From assembly GCA_963668695.2 (NCBI GenBank), contig CAXXLQ010000001.1:64001-128000 (forward strand): 64,000 nt of DNA, given 5' to 3'. Source of the stretch: Vicinamibacteria bacterium. Lineage in GTDB: Bacteria; Acidobacteriota; Vicinamibacteria; Marinacidobacterales; Marinacidobacteraceae. The notes beneath the pieces were generated by a model. It had not been told where the DNA came from. It saw nothing but the letters and a program-made list of their open reading frames with translations, and did no database searches. The position numbers and the translations under genes were made by a program. Shown here in pieces: positions 28,801 through 39,408 of the stretch; the stretch's first letter is position 1, and every line of letters begins with the position of its first letter.

Positions 28801-30237
28801 TTACGCGCTTCCGACCCGACGTCGCGCGGTTTCGGGTAGTTCGGGATCCCTCATGGGCTTTTGCAAAATCCCGTGACGTTTCATTTTTTCGTGGAGCGTC
28901 GTGGGGTTCATCTGCAGTGCCTGAGCGGCGCGTTTCTGGTTACCCCGGGTCCGCCGGAGCGCCCGCTCGATGAGCGTCTTCTCGATTTCGGCGATCACTT
29001 CCTTGAGAGGGCGGGAACCGATGTTCTCGGCGCGCGGCGCCGGCCCCTCCGGCGGCGAGCAGAGCGCTTCGGGCAGGACGGTGCCGGAGAACCGGGACAC
29101 CCGGGCGGTTGCCACCGCGCGCTCCACCCACATGCGGAGTTCCGCGGTGTTGCCGGGCCAGTGGTACCCGCCGTAAGCCTCGACCGTGGCTCCGGAGACC
29201 CCGAAAGGAGGCTCTCCGGAGGTCTTGCAAGCCTGCTTCAGGAAATGCAGGAGGAGGGCCGGGATGTCCTCCCGGCGCTGTCGTAGCGGGGGGATCCGGA
29301 TGGTGGCCGTCTCCAGACGTTTGAACAGTGTTCGCGAGAACGCGCCGGACTGCACTCTGGCTCGGAGGTCGGGGGTAGCGGAAACGAGCAGCCGGAATGG
29401 GGGCGGCCGGCGAACGGCGTCGTCGAGAGTGGCCTGATCTCCAGCGTGGAGGTGCTCCACGCCACTCAGATAGAGACTCCCCGGCCGGTAGAGACCCTCC
29501 GCCCGGGTCTGGAGACTCCTCGATCCGGATTCCCGGTCGTCTCGTCTCAGCCTCGCGAGGATCGTTCCCAGTCCTCCCGCCGGAAGGCTCGCCGCTTGAA
29601 GCGGGAGGAACGGCAGCGACGACTGGCGGCCGAGTCGATGAACGAGTTCAGCGGCCAGACGCCGGCCACTACCCGGTTCGCCGACGACCAGCACGGGCCC
29701 GTCCGAGAAGGCGGTCGTGGTGATGGCGCTGCGGATCTCCGCGGCCTCGTCCGAGCAGCCGATCCAGTCTTCAAGCCGGGTCGCGGAGCGGAGCTCGTCC
29801 CGCAGAATCCGGTTCTCTCGCAGCAGGCTCCGATATCCGAGTTCGGCCTCCAGGGAGGTGAGCAACGCTTCCCGGCGGACTGGAGCGGGCACGAGCCGCG
29901 GGCGTCCGGGTCCGAGTCCGGCGAAATCCGGCTTGGCCGTCTCAGCGTCGGCGAGCACGATGGTCGCCGCTTCGGGGCAGATCGCGTGCAAGCGATCCAG
30001 CGTTGCACGCACGGGCACCGGACTCGCCGTCGCGTCCACGACCACTACCGAGGCTCGATGGAGCCGCTCCTCCGCCGTTTCGTCCAGTACCGAAGGGTAC
30101 CGTTCCACCTGCCACGACTCCTCGGTAAGGAACTGGACGGCGTCGCGCGCTGGCCGGCTGTCCCCGACCACGACAGCGACGCGGTCGGTGGCGGCGATTG
30201 GCGCCTTCGGGATGAGAGCGGGCGCGGCGAGGGACAT
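28801..30237 (-). CDS. NtrC-like REC-AAA+-Fis HTH regulator, degenerate
   Basis: VLVVGEPGSGR, IPPLRQRREDIP, YHWPGN, Fis HTH GNQKRAAQALQMNPTTLHEKM; lacks GAFTGA and the Walker B DE. Confidence 0.8.
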   Translation of the reverse strand: MSLAAPALIPKAPIAATDRVAVVVGDSRPARDAVQFLTEESWQVERYPSVLDETAEERLHRASVVVVDATASPVPVRATLDRLHAICPEAATIVLADAETAKPDFAGLGPGRPRLVPAPVRREALLTSLEAELGYRSLLRENRILRDELRSATRLEDWIGCSDEAAEIRSAITTTAFSDGPVLVVGEPGSGRRLAAELVHRLGRQSSLPFLPLQAASLPAGGLGTILARLRRDDRESGSRSLQTRAEGLYRPGSLYLSGVEHLHAGDQATLDDAVRRPPPFRLLVSATPDLRARVQSGAFSRTLFKRLETATIRIPPLRQRREDIPALLLHFLKQACKTSGEPPFGVSGATVEAYGGYHWPGNTAELRMWVERAVATARVSRFSGTVLPEALCSPPEGPAPRAENIGSRPLKEVIAEIEKTLIERALRRTRGNQKRAAQALQMNPTTLHEKMKRHGILQKPMRDPELPETARRRVGSA

Positions 30238-30356
30238 GGATAGGCGAGGGGAGCCCGGGCCTCCTCCCTTCACGATTCCCTCGCCCGCTGGAATTCCGAA
30301 GCTCGGAGAGGTTCCGAACAAAGAGAACGATGTCAGCGGGGAATGGTTCCGCCTAA

Positions 30357-30510
30357 CAGCCGGTGGTGGAACCCGCGTGAGCGCCGAGGCCGGCCAGTTC
30401 TCCCGGTGGGGGCGAGGCCCAGTTCTCCCGGTGGGGGTCCGGCTGACAAGGCGCGTGAGGGAGGAGCCCCCACCGGGAGAACTGGGCCGTGTGGGTTCCA
30501 CTACCGGCTG
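30357..30510. mobile_element. Family A element
   Basis: cagccggtggtggaaccc ... gggttccactaccggctg with internal ccagttctcccggtggggg modules; flanks ctaa/ttga. Confidence 0.75.
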
Positions 30511-30551
30511 TTGAGCTCCCCGATCCGGAGATTACCGGGGATTACCGGGGA

Positions 30552-31181
30552 TTACCGGGATTGCCGGATCTGGGCCGCAACTTCCAGGAAATAGGCATGG
30601 ATGCGCGTATCGGTCGTCAGTTCCGGATGAAAGGTTGTCGCAAGCACCCGCCCTTCCCGGACGAAAGCCGACTGCCCGCGCCATTTCGCGAGCACGTGCA
30701 CGTCCGCACCGGCGGCGCTGATGATTGGGGCGCGGATCATCACCAGAGGCAGGTCCGGCTCACCCAGCTCGGGACAGGGCGTCGCCCCGAGGTGGCTCTC
30801 CAACTGCCGGCCGTAACCGTTTCGCTGGATCTCGATGTCAAGCAGTGCAAGCGACTGCTGCGCCGGATTCTGGACGGCGCGGGCCAGGAGAATGGCTCCG
30901 GCGCAGGTCCCGTAGAGTGCGCCTCCCCGTTGATGGAAGGTTCTGAGGGGCTCGAAGAGTTCCTCCTCGAGGAGAAACTTCAGCATCGTCGAGCTTTCTC
31001 CGCCGGGGATGATGAGTCCATCGAGCCCGTCGAGGGCCGGAGTCCTGCGGACCTCTACCGCTTCGATGCCGAGTCGCTGCAGTATGGCCGTGTGCAGAGC
31101 GAAGCTCCCCTGAAGTGCGAGCACCCCGATGCGCGGCGAGGAAGGGGACCGGACAGGCTCCAACCGGGTCGGCGCTGTCAT
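30552..31181 (-). CDS. pdxT: Pyridoxal 5'-phosphate synthase glutaminase subunit
   Basis: GVLALQG, IIPGGES, GTCAG, RNGYGRQ, IRAP, FHPEL. Confidence 0.95.
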   Translation of the reverse strand: MTAPTRLEPVRSPSSPRIGVLALQGSFALHTAILQRLGIEAVEVRRTPALDGLDGLIIPGGESSTMLKFLLEEELFEPLRTFHQRGGALYGTCAGAILLARAVQNPAQQSLALLDIEIQRNGYGRQLESHLGATPCPELGEPDLPLVMIRAPIISAAGADVHVLAKWRGQSAFVREGRVLATTFHPELTTDTRIHAYFLEVAAQIRQSR

Positions 31182-31327
31182 CTTTGGCGAATCTCTCCCA
31201 TCTTCACGTAAGCACGGCGTTTCGAGGCTCCGTCCTGCCGAACTGCGCCTGCGGCGGACGAACCTCCGGAAGCGGAACGCTGAGAAGCGTCACCACGGAC
31301 CCGGGACCCCACCCCGGCTAGTAGCGT

Positions 31328-32206
31328 TTAGTTGCCGCGCGTCTGCAGCAACTCCGCCTCTGGGATCGAGGCGATGTCCAGGCCTCGCATCGGTTCGCCG
31401 AGGCCCATGGAAACCTCGACCAGCATGGCCGGGTCGCGGTAGTGGGTCACCGCTTTCACGATGGCCTTGGCCCGCTGTGCCGGATCCGTCGACTTGAAGA
31501 TCCCGGACCCGACGAAAACCGATTCCGCCCCGAGTTGCATGCACAGCGCCGCGTCGGCCGGGGTTGCTACCCCTCCCGCCGCGAAGTTGGGTACGGGCAA
31601 GCGCCCGTCGCGCGCCACGATCCGCACCAGTTCGTAGGGGGCGCGGAGTTCCTTGGCGGCGGACATCAGTTCGTCATCGGTAAGGATCGTGAGGCGGCGG
31701 AGCGCGTTTCCGATATGGCGCAAGTGCCGGACAGCTTCCACGATGTTGCCGGAACCGGCTTCGCCCTTGGTACGAATGAGCGCCGCCCCTTCCCCAATCC
31801 GGCGGAGCGCCTCCCCGAGGTTGCGGCAGCCGCACACGAAAGGCACCTCGAAGGCGTGCTTGTCGATGTGGTTTTCTTCGTCGGCCGGTGTCAGCACTTC
31901 ACTCTCGTCAACGAAGTCCACCCCCATCTCCTGAAGAATCTGGGCCTCGACGAAGTGGCCGATGCGCACCTTGGCCATCACCGGGATGCTTACCGTTTCA
32001 ATGATTTCCCGGATCTTCTCCGGGGAGGACATCCGGGCCACCCCGCCGTCCCTGCGGATATCGGCCGGCACCCGCTCGAGAGCCATCACGCTCACCGCGC
32101 CGGCGTCTTCGGCAATGCGCGCCTGTTCGGCGTTGGTGACGTCCATGATCGCGCCGCCCTTCAGCATGTCGGCAAGACCTGTCTTCAGTCGGAATTCCGT
32201 GCTCAT
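31328..32206 (-). CDS. pdxS: Pyridoxal 5'-phosphate synthase lyase subunit
   Basis: [53 protein letters not shown]. Confidence 0.97.
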   Translation of the reverse strand: MSTEFRLKTGLADMLKGGAIMDVTNAEQARIAEDAGAVSVMALERVPADIRRDGGVARMSSPEKIREIIETVSIPVMAKVRIGHFVEAQILQEMGVDFVDESEVLTPADEENHIDKHAFEVPFVCGCRNLGEALRRIGEGAALIRTKGEAGSGNIVEAVRHLRHIGNALRRLTILTDDELMSAAKELRAPYELVRIVARDGRLPVPNFAAGGVATPADAALCMQLGAESVFVGSGIFKSTDPAQRAKAIVKAVTHYRDPAMLVEVSMGLGEPMRGLDIASIPEAELLQTRGN

Positions 32207-32275
32207 TGCATTCTCCTGAACGGACTTGCTGTCCGTCGCAACCGGCGTGGGCCGAACTCTTCGTTGACGGCCTGC

Positions 32276-33214
32276 TCAGGCCGTCGCCCGACCCGGAACT
32301 CTACTCGCCCACGCCGGGTGTATGCGGGCGAAAGCTATCCCCGCGATGATCAGAATTGCCCCGCCGATCTGGGCGGCCTCCAGAGCCTCTCCGAGCCACA
32401 GCCAGGAGATCAGTATTGACGGTATGGGAAGGACACTCGAATAGACGCCCGTGAGCGTGGGCCCCACCCGCGCGGTCGCGTACATCCACAGCATGTTCCC
32501 CAGACCGATCGCGGTAATCCCGGACAAGAGTGCGGCAGCCCACCACTCCACGGGGGGGCGCCCGAAGTCGGAGAGCGTGAGGAGGAAGGGGCTGGGCAAC
32601 AGCAGCAGGACCGATGCGACCGCCGAACTCCACGCCGTTACCCGCAGGGCGCCGTACTTGTGGACGAGGGACTTTCCCCGGACGGTGTACACGGCCCACC
32701 CGATCATCGCGGCGAAGAGCGCGAGATTGCCGAGGTGCGCGGTCAGGCTGGATTCCGCCGCGGAGATGAAGACGATCCCGACCATCGCGAGAATGAGCCC
32801 GATAGCGGCGGGTTGGCAGAAGCGCTCGACCCGGGTCACCCAGGCCAGGACCGCGATGGCCACCGGGGTCAGAGCCAGGATGAGGGCCGAACTGGTCGCC
32901 GACGACGCATGGGTTCCGTGAATGAATCCGACCTGGAAGACGACATGCCCGGCGACGCCCAACACGAAAACAGACCAGGCGTCGCGCCACTCGAACTTCC
33001 TGAGAGCCGGGGTCCTCGCCACGGCGAAGAGGAGGACCAGGGACGCCGGGACGAGGCGCGCGAGGTTGAAGGCGTAGGGATTTCCCATGTCCACCCCATA
33101 CTTGACCATGCTCGGGCTCGCCGCCCAGACGAGAACGACGATCGCGAGCGCCGCCTCCGCCCGTCGCGCGGTCCGGGCGCGGGGGGATGCCGCGGGAACG
33201 GGCTGGATCACCAC
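32276..33214 (-). CDS. DMT/EamA family transporter
   Basis: ~10 hydrophobic segments in two EamA-like halves, ending WLGEAL...QIGGAILIIAGI; start approximate. Confidence 0.85.
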   Translation of the reverse strand: MVIQPVPAASPRARTARRAEAALAIVVLVWAASPSMVKYGVDMGNPYAFNLARLVPASLVLLFAVARTPALRKFEWRDAWSVFVLGVAGHVVFQVGFIHGTHASSATSSALILALTPVAIAVLAWVTRVERFCQPAAIGLILAMVGIVFISAAESSLTAHLGNLALFAAMIGWAVYTVRGKSLVHKYGALRVTAWSSAVASVLLLLPSPFLLTLSDFGRPPVEWWAAALLSGITAIGLGNMLWMYATARVGPTLTGVYSSVLPIPSILISWLWLGEALEAAQIGGAILIIAGIAFARIHPAWASRVPGRATA

Positions 33215-33227
33215 GGGTACTGAATTC

Positions 33228-33535
33228 GGCCCCCCGCGCCCGAACCGCGCGGCGCTGCGCGCCGGGCTTCCGAAGTGCGGCGGGAGCCGCACGGAGACCC
33301 CGGAGCGGGAGGGGGTGGGGTCGGGAGACCCGACTCCCAGGCTCGGGCTTCCGAAGTGCGGCGGGAGCCGCACGGAGACCCCGGAGCGGGAGGGGGTGGG
33401 GTCGGGAGACCCGACTCCCAGCCGCTCCTGGCTCGGGAATCGCAACTCCCTTGCCCGCTGTTGGCGGGCGGCGGCGAGTTTCGATTCACGTTGTCTTCTT
33501 GTGAAAGGGGAGGGCCCCTTTCACACTTTCCCCCG
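33228..33535. repeat. Family B repeat with 2 x 81-bp unit
   Basis: 81-bp units at 33264 and 33345; shared tail ...tgtgaaagggg...cccctttcacactttccccc also ends at ~55727 and ~57900. Confidence 0.8.
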
Positions 33536-33683
33536 AACTGACGACTGCGAGCCATGTTCGCCGTCGTCAGTGCGTCGCCCGGTCCGGGGGAGCGCCGCCG
33601 GAACGGTCCGGATTACGGCGGGTACGGTATTGGGCCGCGGCATCGGGTCGGTGGGTGCGGCGCGCCGGCCCCGCACGCCACGC

Positions 33684-34580
33684 CTACATCATCCGCTGGA
33701 CGATGCGGTCCCGCTGCTCTTGGGTGATGGCTTCCGAAACGTGGGAAACCGGCAGCGCCCCGCCGTCCAGAATCGGCTCGAGCGCGTGCAGCGGCGGGAC
33801 CGCCTGATCCTGATAGAAGAGCCCGGTGTAGATCTTCTCGTCCCACTCCATTGCCCGTTCGCACGCGGTTTTCCAATCCGAGGGATCGTGGTTCTCATCC
33901 TCGAGCAGTGAGATCCGCTGGCGGAAGAAGTCGTAGGTGTTGTCGCGGTTGAAGGTGACACACGGACTGAAGACATCAATCACCGCGAATCCCCGATGCT
34001 CGATGGCGCCCTTGATCAGCCGGACCAGCTGCTTCATGTTGCCGGAGAACCCGCGCGCCACATAGGTGGCTCCGTTCATGATGGCCGAGGTGATCGGATT
34101 CACCGGTCGCTCGATGTTCCCGAACGGCGTGCTCTTGGTCTTCATTCCCAGGCTGCTGCTCGGGGAGATCTGTCCGGTGGTGAGCCCGTAGATCTGATTG
34201 TTCATCACCAGGTAAGTGAGATCCACGTTGCGGCGGGCCGTGTGGGTGAAGTGGTTGCCGCCGATGCCATAGCCGTCTCCATCGCCGCCGGTGACCAGGA
34301 CGGTGAGCGTCTGGTTGGCCATCTTCACCCCGGTGGCTACCGCGAGCGACCGCCCGTGGAGGGTGTGCATACCGTAGGAGTTGAAGTAACCGGGGAAGTT
34401 CGAGGAACAACCGATCCCGCTCACGCACACGATCTGGTGCGGGGAAAGGCCCAGATCGGCCACGGACACCTGGGTGGCCCGCAACAGAGCGAAGTCGCCG
34501 CAGCCTGGACACCAGTCCGGGTCGACCTTCCCCTTGAAGTCTTTGGCGGTCAGTGGCTTTTCCCTGAGTTCGATAGTCAT
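33684..34580 (-). CDS. 2-oxoacid:ferredoxin oxidoreductase beta subunit
   Basis: WCPGCG, SGIGCS, HGRSL, TPP motif GGDGD...NN, YGLTTGQ, SPCVTFN. Confidence 0.93.
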   Translation of the reverse strand: MTIELREKPLTAKDFKGKVDPDWCPGCGDFALLRATQVSVADLGLSPHQIVCVSGIGCSSNFPGYFNSYGMHTLHGRSLAVATGVKMANQTLTVLVTGGDGDGYGIGGNHFTHTARRNVDLTYLVMNNQIYGLTTGQISPSSSLGMKTKSTPFGNIERPVNPITSAIMNGATYVARGFSGNMKQLVRLIKGAIEHRGFAVIDVFSPCVTFNRDNTYDFFRQRISLLEDENHDPSDWKTACERAMEWDEKIYTGLFYQDQAVPPLHALEPILDGGALPVSHVSEAITQEQRDRIVQRMM

Positions 34581-34632
34581 TGGGTCTCCTGTTGGTGTCT
34601 CCGGCGGGGTGGGGGTGCTAAACGATCATTTC

Positions 34633-36420
34633 CTAGACAATTATTTCCTGGTCCGGCACGAACACGCCGCCGGGGACTGCGTCTTCGAGATGCGCCCGGA
34701 CACCGTCGGCGATGTGATGCGGCATGAACGGCTCGCCATCGTACTTGCGGATGTGTCCGTCGGCGGTAATACCCGTCTCACTCCGCAGGAACCGGTGGAA
34801 CTGTCCCGAGTAGTTGTTTTCGATGATGAGCGTCTTCCGAGCACCGGAGAGCGCCTTGATGATGGCTTCGGCGTGGAAAGGCAGAATCCACTTCACGGCG
34901 ACCCGGTTTACCTTCACTCCGTCCGCTTGGAGCTGTTCCATCGCTTCGCTGATGACTCCGGCCGTGGAACCCCAGCCCACCAGAGTGACCTCCGCGTCCT
35001 TCTCCCCTTCGAGTTCGGGGGCGGGAACGCGTGAGAGGTAGTCGTCCATCTTCCGAGCCCGCTTCTCCACCATCTGGCGGCGCTTGATCGGGTTCGTGAA
35101 CTCGTCCGAAATGAGGATGCCTTCCTCGTCGTGTTCGTCGGTGGCGACCACATGGACATGGCCCGGAACCCCGGGTACGGCCCGCGGGGAGATACCGTCG
35201 CTGGTATCCAGGTAGCGGTTGTAGGGCCCCGCAGCACCATTCGCCTCGCGGATCAGCTGCCCGCGATCGATGGGCGGGAACATGTCGATGTCGCCCGGCG
35301 GAACGCTGAAGGTTCCTTCGGAAATGAGCAGATCGGAGAGGACGATGGCCGGACACTGGTAGCGATCGATGAGGTTGAACACCTCACCGATCGTGGTGAA
35401 AGCATCGTGAGCACTCTGGGGCGCCACCACAATCCGTTCGAAGTCGCCCTGGCTGGCTCCCAGCGCCTGCCAGAGATCTCCCTGCTCGGTCTTCGTGGGA
35501 ACTCCGGTCGAAGGCCCGGCGCGCATTACGTTGATGAAGACCACCGGGATCTCCATCATGGCCGCCGATCCGATGGCTTCGGTCATGAGCGCGAAACCGC
35601 CGCCCGAGGTGGCGCACATCGTGCGGGCGCCGGTATGGGCGGCGCCTATCGCCATGTTGGCGACTCCGATCTCGTCCTCGACCTGGCGCACCATGATCCC
35701 GAGCTCGCGGGCGTTCTTGGCCATCCAGTGGAGCACTCCGGTCGCGGGGCTCATGGGATAGGCGCAATAGAACTTGACCCCCGCGGCCGCCCCTCCCATC
35801 GCCAGGGCGTCGTTCCCGGTCCACACCGCGAGCGGCTCCGGGTTCTTGGGCAGGGGGTTCGCCAGCGCCGTGAAGTGGGCGCTCGCGTACTCGTAACCGG
35901 CGCGGGCTACGGCGACGTTCGAAGAAACCACCGCCTCGCCTTTTCTCGCGAACTGAAGGACGAGCGCGCCCTCGAGCACCTCGAAATCGAGTCCGAGCAC
36001 ATGGGCCATTACGCCCAGCGCGGCAGTGTTCTGCGCCAGCTTGTTCTTGGCGTCCCCGGTGAACTCGCTCACCGGCATGCCACAGAGATGAACGCCGGCC
36101 TGGTGCTCTCCGGGGGTGATGGTGTCGGCGTTGTACACCGCGTGGGCACCGGGGCCCAGATGGCGCAGATGGCGCGTCATGGTGTCCTGGTTCAGGCAAA
36201 GGAGCAGGTCGATCCGATCACCGTGCGAGAGCGCCTCCTGTTCCCGAACCCGCATGGTCAGGAGAATGTGTCCACCCCGGATGATGGACTGATACGCGTT
36301 GTAAGCGTTCAGGTGGAGCCCCCGGCGAACGAACATCCGGGCAAGGATGTTGCCGGGCGTGGCAATTCCCTGCCCGGCAGCACCTCCAATGGCGATGGCG
36401 AAATCGAAACCTTGTGACAT
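34633..36420 (-). CDS. 2-oxoacid:acceptor oxidoreductase alpha subunit (fused gamma domain)
   Basis: IGGAAGQGI, IRGGH, YPMSP, QVEDEI, ATSGGGFALM, RAGPSTG. Confidence 0.93.
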   Translation of the reverse strand: MSQGFDFAIAIGGAAGQGIATPGNILARMFVRRGLHLNAYNAYQSIIRGGHILLTMRVREQEALSHGDRIDLLLCLNQDTMTRHLRHLGPGAHAVYNADTITPGEHQAGVHLCGMPVSEFTGDAKNKLAQNTAALGVMAHVLGLDFEVLEGALVLQFARKGEAVVSSNVAVARAGYEYASAHFTALANPLPKNPEPLAVWTGNDALAMGGAAAGVKFYCAYPMSPATGVLHWMAKNARELGIMVRQVEDEIGVANMAIGAAHTGARTMCATSGGGFALMTEAIGSAAMMEIPVVFINVMRAGPSTGVPTKTEQGDLWQALGASQGDFERIVVAPQSAHDAFTTIGEVFNLIDRYQCPAIVLSDLLISEGTFSVPPGDIDMFPPIDRGQLIREANGAAGPYNRYLDTSDGISPRAVPGVPGHVHVVATDEHDEEGILISDEFTNPIKRRQMVEKRARKMDDYLSRVPAPELEGEKDAEVTLVGWGSTAGVISEAMEQLQADGVKVNRVAVKWILPFHAEAIIKALSGARKTLIIENNYSGQFHRFLRSETGITADGHIRKYDGEPFMPHHIADGVRAHLEDAVPGGVFVPDQEIIV

Positions 36421-36661
36421 GTGCGAGTGCGTGACCTTCTTTGACGGATGAACCCTGACGGAGTTCCTTGACCGGACGCGCCGGTCCTGCGGAGTCCGCT
36501 CTTTCCCAAAAGCGAGCGGGCGACGCAAAGTAAGCCGGAAAATTCTATCACCCGGGGAAAGTCGGCCTCCGGACGGAAAACCGGAGGCGGAGTGCCGTGC
36601 GCCCCCGCGCTCGCCCGGTAGTGTCTTTTCAAAGCGAGACACTACCCCTCGCCCCGCTCCG

Positions 36662-36691
36662 TTGACAAGCGGTCGTGTGCGCGCCTACTAT
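36662..36691 (+). promoter_or_regulatory. Probable sigma70 promoter for rpsA
   Basis: TTGACA-18 bp-TACTAT. Confidence 0.65.
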
Positions 36692-36850
36692 GGGCGACTC
36701 CCCGCGTCACTACGGCGTTCGCCGCCGGGCCTGAAGGTTCATGGAGAGTGTCTGAGCGGGGTAAGAGGGGTCTTCGGCGCGGATGGGTTCCCCCGTACGC
36801 CCGAACTCCCCCGCTTAACCAAGAGGTTTTTTTGTTCAATGAGAGAGGGT

Positions 36851-38713
36851 ATGCCCGAAACGGATGAGGGAGCGGCCGCCGTGGCGGTCGGTAGTGAGTT
36901 GGCCGGGGAGCAGACTCCCGCGGCTATCGCCGGGGACGCGACGGAATCCCTGGCTGAAGAGGCGGTTGCGGGCCCCGAAGCGGTAGCCGAGGTTGCGGAA
37001 TCCGCGAACTCGACGGGAAACGGCTCCGCCCCTGCTCAGGATGGCGCCCCATCGGTGGTGTCAGTGGAGGAGGCTGCCGAATTCGAGGCCTTCCTGGACC
37101 AGTACCAAACCCACATGGTGGAAGGAGACATCGTCACGGGCACGGTCCTCCACATGACGGATTCGGACGTGATCGTGGATGTCGGCTACAAGTCGGAGGG
37201 CATCATCTCGCTTGACGAATTCCGGGATGTCGATGGAAATGTCCGGATTCGCGAAGGGGACGAGATCGATGTGCTCGTCCAGCGGGCCGACAACCGTCGC
37301 GGCCACCTCGTGCTTTCCCATCGGAAAGCCGAGAAGATGAAGGTCTGGAACCAGATCGAGGACGCCTTCGAGAAGCAGACGCCGGTGCGGGGGCGGGTCG
37401 TTGACCGGATCCGGGGCGGACTGGAGGTCGATATCGGGGAAATCGGGGTGCGCGGCTTTCTCCCCGGTTCGCAGGTGGATCTGCGTCCCGTACGGAACCT
37501 CGGCAGCTACAAGGGTCGCGAACTCGAACTGCGCGTCATCAAGCTGAACAAGCGTCGCGGCAACATCGTGCTCTCGCGCCGGGTGGTTCTCGAAGAGGAA
37601 AAGACGAAGACCCTCGCGGCGCTCGAAGTCGGGCGGGTGTTCCGGGGCGAAGTGCGCGATCTCACCGAGTACGGAGCGTTTGTGGACATCGGTGGCATTT
37701 GCGGCCTTCTCCACATTCGGGAGATGTCCTTCCGCCGGCTTGAGCATCCTTCGGAGCTCATGAAGGTGGGTGACCAGATCGAGGTGGTCATCCTCCGGTT
37801 CGATGCGGAGGCGGAGCGGGTCTCCCTCGGCTACAAGCAGCTCAACGTGGATCCCTGGACGACCGCCCACGAGCGCTATGCGGTGGGAACCCGGGTCCGT
37901 GGGAAGGTAGTCAGCATCACCGACTACGGCGCTTTCATCGAGATGGAGCCCGGAGTTGAGGGACTCATCCATGTGAGCGAGATGAGCTGGAGCAGCCGGA
38001 CCAAACATCCTTCCAAGCTGCTTGCCAAGGGCGACTTCGTCGAAGCCATGGTGCTCCGGGTCGACTTCAAGTCCCGGCGGATCAGCCTCGGTCTCAAGCA
38101 GGTGGAACCGAATCCGTGGCCGCGGCTTGCCGAGCAGTACCCCATCGGTTCGCGGCTCACCGGGACGGTACGAAAGTTCACTGACTTCGGCGCCTTCGTC
38201 GAAGTGGACAGCTCAATTGATGGCCTGATACACATTTCCGACCTCAGTTGGAACAAGCGGGTGAACCATCCTTCCGAAGTCCTCAACGTCGGCGACGAGG
38301 TGGAGACCGTGGTGCTGAGCATCGATCCCGAGAACCGCCGCCTGTCGCTCGGACTCAAGCAGCTTTCGGATGATGCCTGGGAGGGCTTCTTCACCCGGCA
38401 TCAGGAAGGCGATCTGGTGGACGGGACCGTGATCCGCTTCGCGGATTTCGGAGCCTTCGTCCAGATCGAGGAAGGGATCGAAGGCCTGTTGCGCCTGAAC
38501 GACATTGACGAGCCACCGCCATCCAAGGCGGAGGAACGGCTGCACCTGGGGCAGCCGCTCAAGTTGCGGATCGTGCGGCTCAGCCGTGATGATCGTAAAG
38601 TGGGACTCTCGCTCAGGGCTGCCGAGGAGGGATATTCCGGACACGGCGATTCCGGACACGGCGAATCGGGTGGTGAGGTGTCCGTCAAGATCGGAGACGT
38701 TTGGAAGAGGTGA
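36851..38713 (+). CDS. rpsA: 30S ribosomal protein S1
   Basis: VDVGYKSEG, FLPGSQVD and repeated (Y/F)GAFV...GLxHxSE S1 domains; acidic N-terminal extension; SD-like gagagggt. Confidence 0.95.
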   Translation: MPETDEGAAAVAVGSELAGEQTPAAIAGDATESLAEEAVAGPEAVAEVAESANSTGNGSAPAQDGAPSVVSVEEAAEFEAFLDQYQTHMVEGDIVTGTVLHMTDSDVIVDVGYKSEGIISLDEFRDVDGNVRIREGDEIDVLVQRADNRRGHLVLSHRKAEKMKVWNQIEDAFEKQTPVRGRVVDRIRGGLEVDIGEIGVRGFLPGSQVDLRPVRNLGSYKGRELELRVIKLNKRRGNIVLSRRVVLEEEKTKTLAALEVGRVFRGEVRDLTEYGAFVDIGGICGLLHIREMSFRRLEHPSELMKVGDQIEVVILRFDAEAERVSLGYKQLNVDPWTTAHERYAVGTRVRGKVVSITDYGAFIEMEPGVEGLIHVSEMSWSSRTKHPSKLLAKGDFVEAMVLRVDFKSRRISLGLKQVEPNPWPRLAEQYPIGSRLTGTVRKFTDFGAFVEVDSSIDGLIHISDLSWNKRVNHPSEVLNVGDEVETVVLSIDPENRRLSLGLKQLSDDAWEGFFTRHQEGDLVDGTVIRFADFGAFVQIEEGIEGLLRLNDIDEPPPSKAEERLHLGQPLKLRIVRLSRDDRKVGLSLRAAEEGYSGHGDSGHGESGGEVSVKIGDVWKR

Positions 38714-39030
38714 ACGACACAGCGATCACCCGCGCCCGCCTGGCTGCGGAGGTGTCGGAGGCCACGGGGATTACGCGTCGCGAAGCTGACCTCATCGTGG
38801 AGGCGGTTTTCGGCGCGATCGCCGGGGCTCTTCGTTCCGGAGACGAGGTGGAGATTCGCGGATTCGGCAGTTTCCGTTTACGAAGCCGAAAGGCGCGCCT
38901 CACGCGCAATCCGCGAACGGGTGAACAGATTACGGTGCCTCCGAAACGGGTGCCGTTCTTTCGAGCCGGAAAGGCTCTCCGCGACCGCCTCAATCGGGAG
39001 CCGAGCGAAGAGCCGTTGGGGGCGACCTAG
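38710..39030 (+). CDS. ihfB: Integration host factor beta / HU family
   Basis: VEIRGFGSF, RNPRTGE, VPFFRAGKALRDR; GTGA overlap with rpsA (conserved rpsA-ihfB order). Confidence 0.85.
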   Translation: MNDTAITRARLAAEVSEATGITRREADLIVEAVFGAIAGALRSGDEVEIRGFGSFRLRSRKARLTRNPRTGEQITVPPKRVPFFRAGKALRDRLNREPSEEPLGAT

Positions 39031-39281
39031 CAGCCCGTGGCAAAACCCACGCGGCCCAGTTCTCCCGGTGGGGGCTCGGCTGGCGATCCATCCCGCCCGA
39101 ACCACTCCGCTTCGCTCCGTTCTTCGTTGCGTTTCGGTCGGAATACACCCGGGCCAGTTCTCCCGGTGGGGGCTCCTCCCTCACGCGCCTTGTCGGCCGG
39201 GCCCCCACCGGGAGGACTGGCCCCACCGGGAGAACTGGGCCTCACCGACCTCGGCGCTCACGTGGGTTTCACCACAGGCTG
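39031..39281. mobile_element. Family A element
   Basis: ctag|cagcccgtggcaaaacccac ... gtgggtttcaccacaggctg|ctag; the left CTAG contains the ihfB stop. Confidence 0.8.
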
Positions 39282-39408
39282 CTAGCCCGCTGCGGTTCGT
39301 GGCCTCCGGGCCGGTGGGAGAAGGCCGCGGCCTCGGCTGGAGTGCTACGGTCCGGTAAGCGCCGTTTCCAGCCGTCATCGCGGCGCGGCAGTGCTATTGG
39401 AAACTGAA

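Noticed and set aside
33500-33525. CRP/FNR site (TGTGA...TCACA)
   Set aside because: The half-site spacing is 16 bp, not 6; it is a hairpin within repeat family B.
39286-39408. Cobalamin riboswitch upstream of icmF
   Set aside because: No B12-box or GCCACTG/GGGAA core is recognisable.
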